A DNA stretch of 64,000 nucleotides. Source: an uncultured Acidobacteriota bacterium (lineage in GTDB: Bacteria > Acidobacteriota > Thermoanaerobaculia > Gp7-AA8). Numbering within the stretch: position 1 is the stretch's first letter; the number at the start of each line of letters is the position of its first letter. The notes under the pieces are model-generated. The model was not told the DNA's origin. It saw nothing but the letters and a program-made list of their open reading frames with translations, and made no database searches. Location of the stretch: the NCBI GenBank assembly GCA_963822445.1, contig CAWGHO010000003.1, positions 288,001-352,000 on the forward strand, in the 5' to 3' direction. The translations under genes were made by a program, and so were the position numbers. Positions 9,876 to 17,474 of this stretch are shown here, one piece after another.

Positions 9876-11323
9876 CAATACATGCTCGGCAGCGCCCGGT
9901 AGTGCGCGTTCAACCAGTCGATTAGTGCCTTGTCCCTGGCCGCATTCTTGAGGAGCGCACCGTACTTCACGACTGCGTCTGCAATGATCGCGTCCCTCAA
10001 CTGATCGTCCGTCATCCAAAACGCGGCAAAGGAGAACGGGAAAGGCACGCTGTCGACGAAGCTATCGACGGCGCTGACACCATGGGCAATGCTTTCGGCC
10101 AGCGTGACGTCGAGGGTCGTGATCAGCGCCTTCCCGGCCGCCTGCTCATGCACCGTTAGATCCATGAGCTTCGACATCTCCATGATGAGAGGCTCATTGT
10201 CCGTGAACGGCTTGTTGTTGCCGGCCAGGTACGCCTTCCGCACTCCGCGGATGAGAACATGCGCGTCGACCGATGCGTCCCATGCCTCGCGCGTGTAGTT
10301 CTTGGCAGCGGCCCGGATCTGCTGGTCGCGAGTCTGTGGGGTGCCCGCCGCGGTCACGCCTGGCGTGAATTTTCCGGGGAACTTGCTCGTGCCCATGTCG
10401 CGGCGCGGCAGTTCCTCGTAGTGTGCGGCATTGTCGATCTTCGTCGCCTCCTCGGCCTCGAAGAACCCGGATGTGCCGTAATAGACATGATCGTCGACCG
10501 CGGCCGAGCTGAGGTGAGCCCCTTCGTGGATGATCGTCGCCTTCGTCTCGTTCGGGTCGATCACCTTCGCGACGTCCAACAAGAGGTGCATCTTCTTCTT
10601 TCCGTGGAGGGCGTAACCGCCAAGACCGATCTCGGGGTCGTCGAGGTTGTAATCGGTGGTGACGTGCGGGTCCATATCCTTGGCGATGTCTTGGAGCGCC
10701 TTCTTCGTCGCTCCGTATCTCGTCTTCGCCAGACTGGCCTGTGCGCCGAAGACCTCGGTCATTCCTGTAGCGTCGGACTCGACCTTCGCGACCACCTTGG
10801 CGGCATCTTCGAACGCAGTCTTGAGCTTCGGTTTGTCCGCCGTCTTCACTTTGGTGTCGGCTTCGAGGATCGATTTGTACATGTTCTCGCGATCGGTTAC
10901 GTCGATGGCCTTGTTGAACTCCTTCTCGTCGATCACGCCTTTGCCGGGAAAGATTTTCGCGATGATCGTCGCCACCGGGTCCTTGCTCTTCAGCTTTCCT
11001 TCGTACTCCATCCGCCCGAGCAACTGCGCAACGCGATCCTTGATCACGGCCTCGGGGATTTTCAGGTCCTTGTCCGTGTAAGCAGCCTTCAAACGCTCGA
11101 ACGACGGCACCCGGAAGTGCACGCCGGGGTCTGCCATTGCAGCGGCAACGGGATGCACGATGCCTTGCAACGGGAGCTTGATCATCGCGTTCGAGACGGC
11201 CTGGTTGCCCGCGGCGCGCTGAAGGTCGTGCAGCGGGTGCGCGGGCGTCACCGGCGTCGAGCTCGCGGTGGTCGCCGAGGTTGTCTTCTCAGGCGGATTT
11301 TTCTTTTGAAGTGACTCGCGCAT
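9875..11323 (-). CDS. Putative effector, M35/aspzincin-like zinc metalloprotease, copy 2
   Basis: IIHEGAH...DDHVYYG...NAAHYEE; N-terminal LQRAAGNQAV. Confidence 0.7.
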   Translation of the reverse strand: MRESLQKKNPPEKTTSATTASSTPVTPAHPLHDLQRAAGNQAVSNAMIKLPLQGIVHPVAAAMADPGVHFRVPSFERLKAAYTDKDLKIPEAVIKDRVAQLLGRMEYEGKLKSKDPVATIIAKIFPGKGVIDEKEFNKAIDVTDRENMYKSILEADTKVKTADKPKLKTAFEDAAKVVAKVESDATGMTEVFGAQASLAKTRYGATKKALQDIAKDMDPHVTTDYNLDDPEIGLGGYALHGKKKMHLLLDVAKVIDPNETKATIIHEGAHLSSAAVDDHVYYGTSGFFEAEEATKIDNAAHYEELPRRDMGTSKFPGKFTPGVTAAGTPQTRDQQIRAAAKNYTREAWDASVDAHVLIRGVRKAYLAGNNKPFTDNEPLIMEMSKLMDLTVHEQAAGKALITTLDVTLAESIAHGVSAVDSFVDSVPFPFSFAAFWMTDDQLRDAIIADAVVKYGALLKNAARDKALIDWLNAHYRALPSMY

Positions 11324-11329
11324 CAGCGG

Positions 11330-12778
11330 CTAATCCAGGTCCGGAAGACTTCTGTAGTGCGCCGCGCACCAGTCCACGAGCGCCTTGTCCCTTGCCGCAT
11401 CCTTGAGGAGCTGTCCGTACTGTGCGACGGCATCCGCAACGACCTTGTCCTGGATTTCGGTGTCCGTCATCGCAAGCATGTCGGCCGCGGACGGAAAGGC
11501 CACGGTCGTGACCTTGGGTCTCGTGAGGTTGATGCCGCGGGCGATGCTTTCCGCGAGGGTGACGTCGAGCGTGGTGACGAGCGCCTTCCCGGCCGCCTGC
11601 TCGTGCACCGTCAGGTCCATGAGCTTCGAGATCTCGAGGATGAGAGCTTCGTTGTCCTTGAATGGCTTCGCGTCGCCCTTCAGGTACTCGCGCCGCACGG
11701 CGCGGATCAGCATGTGGACGTCGCCCGCCGCATCCCATGCCTTCCGCAAGTGGTCCTCGGCCGCGGCCCTGATCTTCTCCTCGCGCGTCTGTGGTTTGCC
11801 CGTCGGCATCTGGCCGGGAGTAAACGTCATCCCGTCGAAGCTGCTCGTTTTCATTTCGCGGCGCGGCAGCTCCTCGTAGTGCGCGGCGTTCAGGACCTTC
11901 GTCGCTTCGTCGCGCTCGAAGAACCCGGGTCTGCCGTAATACACGTGGTCGTCGACCGAGGCGTTGGCGAAGTGAGACGCCTCGTGGATGAGCATCGCTT
12001 TCGTCTTGTTGACATCGATGACCTGCACCACCCCCAGCAGCAGGTGCATTTTCTTCTTCGCATGGCTGGCAAAGCCTCCGAGACCGATCTGGGGATCGTC
12101 GAGGTTGTAGTCGGTGAAGACCGGGTCCATGTTCTGGGCGAGGTCTTCGAGCACCTTCTTCGTGGTCGCGTAGTTCGCCTTCGCCGCGGCAGCCTCCCCG
12201 CCGAAGACCTCTTTCAAGCCCTTGTCGTCGGCTTCGACCGTCGCGACCAGCTTCGCGGCGTCTTCGAACGCAGTACTGAGCTTCGGTTTGTCAGCCGGCT
12301 TGATCTTCGTATCGGCTTCGAGCACTGATTTGTAGATCTTCGATCGATCGTTTACGTCGACGACCTTGTTGAACTGGACCTCGTCGAGCAAGCCGGGACC
12401 GGGAAAGATTTTCGCGATGATCGCCGCCACCGGCTCGGTGCTCTTCAGCCTTCCTTCGAGCTGCATGCGTCCGAGCAGCTGCGCGACGCGATCCTTGATC
12501 ACGGCCTCGGGAATCTTCAGCGTCTTGCCCTGATACACCTTCCACAACTCCTGGAACGAGGGCAGCCGGAACCGCACGCCGGGATCCGCCATCGCGGCCG
12601 CAACGGGATGCACCATGCCTCGCAACGGCAGCTCGACCATCGCGCCCGCTACCGCGCGGTTTCCCGCAACGCGCTGCAAATCGATGAGCGGATGCGCGGG
12701 CGTTACCGGCGTCGAGCTCGCGGTGGTCGCCGAGGAGTTTCTCTCAGGCTGACTCTGTTTCTGAACCGACTCGCGCAT
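11330..12778 (-). CDS. Putative effector, M35/aspzincin-like zinc metalloprotease, copy 1
   Basis: LIHEASH...DDHVYYG...NAAHYEE; N-terminal LQRVAGNRAV; colinear 482-aa paralogue of the neighbouring gene. Confidence 0.7.
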   Translation of the reverse strand: MRESVQKQSQPERNSSATTASSTPVTPAHPLIDLQRVAGNRAVAGAMVELPLRGMVHPVAAAMADPGVRFRLPSFQELWKVYQGKTLKIPEAVIKDRVAQLLGRMQLEGRLKSTEPVAAIIAKIFPGPGLLDEVQFNKVVDVNDRSKIYKSVLEADTKIKPADKPKLSTAFEDAAKLVATVEADDKGLKEVFGGEAAAAKANYATTKKVLEDLAQNMDPVFTDYNLDDPQIGLGGFASHAKKKMHLLLGVVQVIDVNKTKAMLIHEASHFANASVDDHVYYGRPGFFERDEATKVLNAAHYEELPRREMKTSSFDGMTFTPGQMPTGKPQTREEKIRAAAEDHLRKAWDAAGDVHMLIRAVRREYLKGDAKPFKDNEALILEISKLMDLTVHEQAAGKALVTTLDVTLAESIARGINLTRPKVTTVAFPSAADMLAMTDTEIQDKVVADAVAQYGQLLKDAARDKALVDWCAAHYRSLPDLD

Positions 12779-12884
12779 GACTGACGACGTGACGCAATGT
12801 CGGTTCGCAGTACGTCTTTGTCGAGTGAGCGAAATCCCCCCACCGCCGGGTCGGAAATGCGCTCTCGCGGACGCGCTGCGCGGC

Positions 12885-12900
12885 GGGTCGATTCCGACCC
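12885..12900. promoter_or_regulatory. Palindrome, candidate upstream activator site
   Basis: GGGTCG-ATTC-CGACCC in the divergent intergenic region; another GGGTCG half-site at 12848. Confidence 0.4.
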
Positions 12901-12941
12901 ACCCGTGAAGTACCTTTCCTGCATTTTCAGTAACTTACGGT

Positions 12942-12956
12942 TGGCTGCGCGCTTGC
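12942..12956 (+). promoter_or_regulatory. Sigma-54 (-24/-12) promoter of the eCIS operon
   Basis: TGGCTGCGCGCTTGC has exact TGGC-N7-TTGC spacing; IHF-like TTTCAGTAACTTA at 12925-12937. Confidence 0.65.
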
Positions 12957-12975
12957 GAAGACCTCCCCCCGATCC

Positions 12976-13248
12976 ATGGTCTTTTCCGAGGTTTCTGGAG
13001 TCGTTCGCGACGTCATGCGCTACTTCGTGGAGCACCCCACTGCAATCGATTCCCTCGAGGGAATCGCACGCTGGCGCCTCCTCGAACAACGCGTGCGCAA
13101 TGTGGTCGCGGAGACCGACGCCGCCCTCTCGCTCCTCGTCGAGCACGAGATTCTCGACGAGATCCGGGTGGCCGGCGCGCCGACGCTCTTCCGCCTGAAT
13201 CCGGAACGATCCGACGCCGCCCAGCGGCTGCTCGAGGGACGCGAATGA
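12976..13248 (+). CDS. Small winged-helix-like protein, first gene of the eCIS operon
   Basis: YFVEHPTAIDSLEGIARW...ALSLLVEHEIL; stop overlaps the next ATG. Confidence 0.65.
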   Translation: MVFSEVSGVVRDVMRYFVEHPTAIDSLEGIARWRLLEQRVRNVVAETDAALSLLVEHEILDEIRVAGAPTLFRLNPERSDAAQRLLEGRE

Positions 13249-13838
13249 GCGACTACACCTCCGTGCGTGCCGCCAGCCTCGCCCTCCAGTCGCTGCTGAA
13301 AGCGGAGATCACGAACAGTACGGATCCGCAGCTCAAGACGAACGACGTCTTTCTCTACTCGCCGAAGCTGATGAAAGAGAAAAACAAGAGCGGCATCTCG
13401 CTCTGGCTCTATCGCATCACGCGCGAGAGCGACACCCTGAATCGCGAGCCGGAGCGCGTCGGGCCCACGCATCTGCGGCGGGTGCCGTTTCCGCTCACGC
13501 TGTTCTATCTCGTCACGCCGATGCGCACCGAGCCCGAGGACGAGCAGATGCTCCTCGGCAAGATCGTGCAGGTCATGCACGACCACGGCGTCTTACGCGG
13601 CGCGCAGGTCGGGCCTGTGCTCGCCGCCGACGACACCGAGCTGCGCATCGTGTTTGACGCTCTCGGGCTCGAAGAGCTCGCGCGGGTGTGGGACGTTCTC
13701 AAGGAGCCGTATCAACTCTCGATCTGCTACGCGGTGCAGTGCGTCGCGATCGATTCCGATCTCGACGTCGCCGTGCGGCCGCCGGTGCTCACCAGCGACG
13801 AGCGCATGCACCAGATCGTCGGAGTGGGGGCGATATGA
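13245..13838 (+). CDS. DUF4255 / Afp16-Pvc16-like cap (tail terminator)
   Basis: ISLWLYRI, LFYLVTP, EQMLLGKIVQVMHD, ELARVW...PYQLSICY; position before the sheath. Confidence 0.85.
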   Translation: MSDYTSVRAASLALQSLLKAEITNSTDPQLKTNDVFLYSPKLMKEKNKSGISLWLYRITRESDTLNREPERVGPTHLRRVPFPLTLFYLVTPMRTEPEDEQMLLGKIVQVMHDHGVLRGAQVGPVLAADDTELRIVFDALGLEELARVWDVLKEPYQLSICYAVQCVAIDSDLDVAVRPPVLTSDERMHQIVGVGAI

Positions 13839-14875
13839 CGGCGGTGATCAAAATCGCAACCGACACCGTCATTTACAGCGTCGTCCCCGACACGTCGATC
13901 GAGCGCGTGGCGTTCGTGACAGGCTCGGTCGTCGACGAAGTCACGGGCAAGCCGGTCGAGCGCGCGAGCGTTCGGGTGGACCGCCGGTCGGTGCTCGCGA
14001 GCGTTGTCACCGGCGGCTACTTCGCCGCGTCGGGATCGCTCGGACGCGTCGCACCGGATCACGCGACCGTCGCGTGGTCGATCGCGTTCACCTTCACCGC
14101 GCCACGTTACCGGCCGCGGACAGTGACCGTGCCGATCGCCGCGGCTGCGCTGTTTCCCGTGAACGGCGGAATCGTGAGACTGCGTCCGCTTCCCGTGCGT
14201 CTCGAAGGGCGCGTGTCGAAGGAAGCAGACCGCACCGCCATCGCCGGGGCGACGGTCGCGGTGAAGAGCGCGCAGAAGGCGTTGCTCCTGCGCACGACCG
14301 CGCATGCCGATCACGCATCCGGCATCAGCATCACCCCGGTTACGCTCGCGAATGCGGGACTGCTGCGCCATGTCGCTGCCGCGGTGAAGGGTGGCGCGAC
14401 GCTCATCCAGCTCGACGACGTCGGCGTTCTCGGCGCCGGCAGCGTCCTTCGCTTCGGCACCGCGCAGTTCGAATACGCGGTCGTCGATTTCGTCGACACG
14501 ACGGCGAAGACGGTCGCGCTGCGCGATCCGCTCACGCGCTCGTACGCGAGCGGCGCCGAAGTGCAGGGTGTGACGGCGACCGCCGATCCGGGCGCGGTTG
14601 CGACGACGCGCAGCATCGACGCCGGCGACGGCCTGCTCGTGCTCGCGGCGCCGCTCGCGGCGACCGTCATCGAGATCAGCGATCCGCCGCATCTCGAATA
14701 TCACGAGGTCAACGCCGTCTCCGACGGCGGCGGCTTCTTCGCGGCGGACGGCATCGCCGGCATTCACACACTCACGCTCACGGCATCGGCGGCGGGATTC
14801 CAGCCGCTCGATCTCGAGTGGACGATCGATACCAGCCGGCCCGTGGCCGCGCTCGGTTTCAGGCTCGAGCCCTGA
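13835..14875 (+). CDS. eCIS-associated protein with carboxypeptidase-regulatory-like domains
   Basis: VTGSVVDEVTGKPV, LEGRVSKEADRTAIAGATV; coupled by ATGA. Confidence 0.65.
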   Translation: MTAVIKIATDTVIYSVVPDTSIERVAFVTGSVVDEVTGKPVERASVRVDRRSVLASVVTGGYFAASGSLGRVAPDHATVAWSIAFTFTAPRYRPRTVTVPIAAAALFPVNGGIVRLRPLPVRLEGRVSKEADRTAIAGATVAVKSAQKALLLRTTAHADHASGISITPVTLANAGLLRHVAAAVKGGATLIQLDDVGVLGAGSVLRFGTAQFEYAVVDFVDTTAKTVALRDPLTRSYASGAEVQGVTATADPGAVATTRSIDAGDGLLVLAAPLAATVIEISDPPHLEYHEVNAVSDGGGFFAADGIAGIHTLTLTASAAGFQPLDLEWTIDTSRPVAALGFRLEP

Positions 14876-14909
14876 CGGATAACGGAGTTCTGGAAAAAGG
14901 AGACCAGCA

Positions 14910-17012
14910 ATGCCTGAATACCTCGCACCGGGCGTTTACGTGGAGGAGGTCGACACCGGGATCAAGACGATCGAGGGGGTGAGCACGAGCGTGGCCGGGT
15001 TCGTCGGCATGACGCGCCGCGGCCCGCTGGCGGGACTGCCGCAGTTCGTGACGAGCTTCGCCGAGTTCCGGCGCCTCTTCGGCGGCTTCACCGACTTCGG
15101 CCTCGGCGCGCAATACAACTCGCTGCCATACGCGGTCGACGGATTCTTCGCCAACGGCGGGCGGCGGCTGTTCGTCAAGCGCGTCGCGAGCGGCGCCACG
15201 AAGGCGTCGAAGGCGACGACCGGCGGCATGGTCACGCGGCTCCAGCCAGGTGCCAACGCTCCGACCGGCGCGGGAAACAAAACCATCACGCCTCAGTCTC
15301 TGCGCGGCATCCAGGTCGCGCCCACGAAGACGAAGGTCAACCTGGTGATGGTCAAGAACGGCGTCACGTTCAAGTCGGCTGTGCTCGATGTGGACGCGAT
15401 CAATGAAGCGACGGGGGTGGTGACACTCAGCGCCGACCTCGACACGGTACCCGCGGGACAGCTCCCGGGCGGCTTCGAGGCGCAGTACACGACCGTCCTG
15501 ACCGACGTCGACGCGCTCGATGGCGCCGGTTTGGCCACTCCGCTGGCCAACATCAATGGCCCCCGCGATCCATCGTTCACCGTTCGCGCGAAGGAAGAGG
15601 GGAGCTGGGGAAAAGAGATCGTCGTCACCGTGGCGCCCGAGAACGGTGCACAAACGACGGTGGATGAGACGCGCAACGTCAGCGCAGCCAATACCGCTCT
15701 CGTCGTGCCCGTAGTTTCGACCGCCGGCTTTTACAAGGACGCATGGGTCGAGCTCAATCGCGGTGACGAGAAGCGTTACCATAAAGTCAAATCCGCGGAC
15801 GCGCTGCTGAAAACGCTGACCATCGATGCTCCGCCGCTCACCGACACGCAAGTCAGGCACGATGCAGGCGGAACGGTAACGGTCATTACTGTCTGCGAGT
15901 TTCGCCTCACGGCGAGCTTCGAAGGAGCCAGCGAATCGTTCGGCGGGCTGACGCTGGAAAACGTGAACGGCCGCTACGTCGTCGATCGCATCAACAACGA
16001 GTCGACGCTGATCGAAGTCGTGACGCCGCTGCCGGGACCGACGAATCCGTTCGTCTTTCCGTCGCCTGACGACGGCATCCAGATCGTTTTCGACACCGGC
16101 GGCATCGACGGCGCCGCGCCGAACGACAACGACTTCGTCGGCGGCGGCCTGCCCGGCGTGCGCACCGGGATCAAGGCCCTCGAGGACATCGACGAGATCA
16201 GCATCATCGCCGCGCCCGGACTGACGGGAGTGCTCGTGCAGAACGCACTGATCGAGCAATGCGAGCGGCTCAAGGACCGCTTCGCCATTCTCGATCCGCG
16301 GCGTAAGCCGGCCGGCACCGCGCCCGACATCAACGACATCCAGACGCAGCGCGGGCAGTACGACACGAAATACGCCGCGCTCTACTACCCGAGCCTGATC
16401 ATGAACGATCCGCTCACGAACACGGACGTCCCCGTGCCGCCGAGCGGACACATGGCCGGCATCTACGCTCGCGTCGACATCGAGCGCGGCGTGCACAAGG
16501 CCCCTGCGAACGAAGTCGTGCGCGACATCCTCGGCTTCGAGACGACGGTCAACAAGGAGACGCAGGAGATCCTCAATCCGAGCCCGAGGAACATCAACGT
16601 CTTCCGCGATTTCCGCGCGGACGGCCGCGGCCTGCGCATCTGGGGCGCGCGCGTGATCACCAGCGACACGTCATGGAAGTACATCAACGTCCGCCGGCTC
16701 TTCATCTTCCTCGAGGAGTCGCTCGACCAGGGGACGCAGTGGGTGGTCTTCGAGCCGAACGACGAGAAGCTGTGGGCGCGGGTGACGCAGTCGATCACCG
16801 CATTTCTCACGCGCGTGTGGCGCGACGGCGCGCTGATGGGAGCGAAGGTGGAGGAAGCGTTCTTCGTGAAGTGCGACCGCACCACGATGACGCAGGACGA
16901 CCTCGACAACGGACGCCTGATCGTCCTGGTCGGCGTCGCCCCGGTGAAGCCCGCCGAGTTCGTGATCATCCGCATCGGCCAGTGGACCGCCAGCGCGCAG
17001 CAGAACGAATAA
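14910..17012 (+). CDS. Contractile tail sheath protein 1
   Basis: MPEYLAPGVYVEEV; AALYYP; PPSGHMAGIYAR; HKAPANE; YINVRRL; VFEPN; KPAEFV. Confidence 0.97.
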   Translation: MPEYLAPGVYVEEVDTGIKTIEGVSTSVAGFVGMTRRGPLAGLPQFVTSFAEFRRLFGGFTDFGLGAQYNSLPYAVDGFFANGGRRLFVKRVASGATKASKATTGGMVTRLQPGANAPTGAGNKTITPQSLRGIQVAPTKTKVNLVMVKNGVTFKSAVLDVDAINEATGVVTLSADLDTVPAGQLPGGFEAQYTTVLTDVDALDGAGLATPLANINGPRDPSFTVRAKEEGSWGKEIVVTVAPENGAQTTVDETRNVSAANTALVVPVVSTAGFYKDAWVELNRGDEKRYHKVKSADALLKTLTIDAPPLTDTQVRHDAGGTVTVITVCEFRLTASFEGASESFGGLTLENVNGRYVVDRINNESTLIEVVTPLPGPTNPFVFPSPDDGIQIVFDTGGIDGAAPNDNDFVGGGLPGVRTGIKALEDIDEISIIAAPGLTGVLVQNALIEQCERLKDRFAILDPRRKPAGTAPDINDIQTQRGQYDTKYAALYYPSLIMNDPLTNTDVPVPPSGHMAGIYARVDIERGVHKAPANEVVRDILGFETTVNKETQEILNPSPRNINVFRDFRADGRGLRIWGARVITSDTSWKYINVRRLFIFLEESLDQGTQWVVFEPNDEKLWARVTQSITAFLTRVWRDGALMGAKVEEAFFVKCDRTTMTQDDLDNGRLIVLVGVAPVKPAEFVIIRIGQWTASAQQNE

Positions 17013-17024
17013 CGGAGGCTCGAC

Positions 17025-17462
17025 ATGGCAACAGGACAACGCATCGATCCGGTCCGCGGCTTCAACTTCGAAGTGCAGATCGACTCCACGCCCGTCGCTT
17101 CGTTCCGCGAAGTGGGCGGGCTGAGCTTCACCACCGATCCGGTCGAATACCGCGAAGGAACCGACCAGCCGCTGCACGTGCGCAAGCTCACCGGCCTGCG
17201 CAAGTTCGCGAACCTCACGCTGAAGCGCGGTTACACCCAGAACCACGATCTGTGGAACTGGTACAAGAACGTGCTCAACGGAGTGGAGGACCGCCGCAAC
17301 GGCGCGATCATTCTGAAGGACGAGCTGCACGCGCCGGTGATGCGGTGGAACTTCGAGAACGCCTGGATCACGAAGTGGGAGGGGCCGGCGCTCAACGCCA
17401 CGAGCAACGACGTGGCCATCGAGTCGCTCGAGCTCGCGGTCGAGCGGGTGGAGCTGCAGTAA
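17025..17462 (+). CDS. Tail tube protein (T4 gp19-like, Afp1/Pvc1-like)
   Basis: DPVRGFNFEVQID; YREG; NLTLKRG; WNFENAWITKWEGPALNA. Confidence 0.95.
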   Translation: MATGQRIDPVRGFNFEVQIDSTPVASFREVGGLSFTTDPVEYREGTDQPLHVRKLTGLRKFANLTLKRGYTQNHDLWNWYKNVLNGVEDRRNGAIILKDELHAPVMRWNFENAWITKWEGPALNATSNDVAIESLELAVERVELQ

Positions 17463-17474
17463 GCGGAGCGCTCG

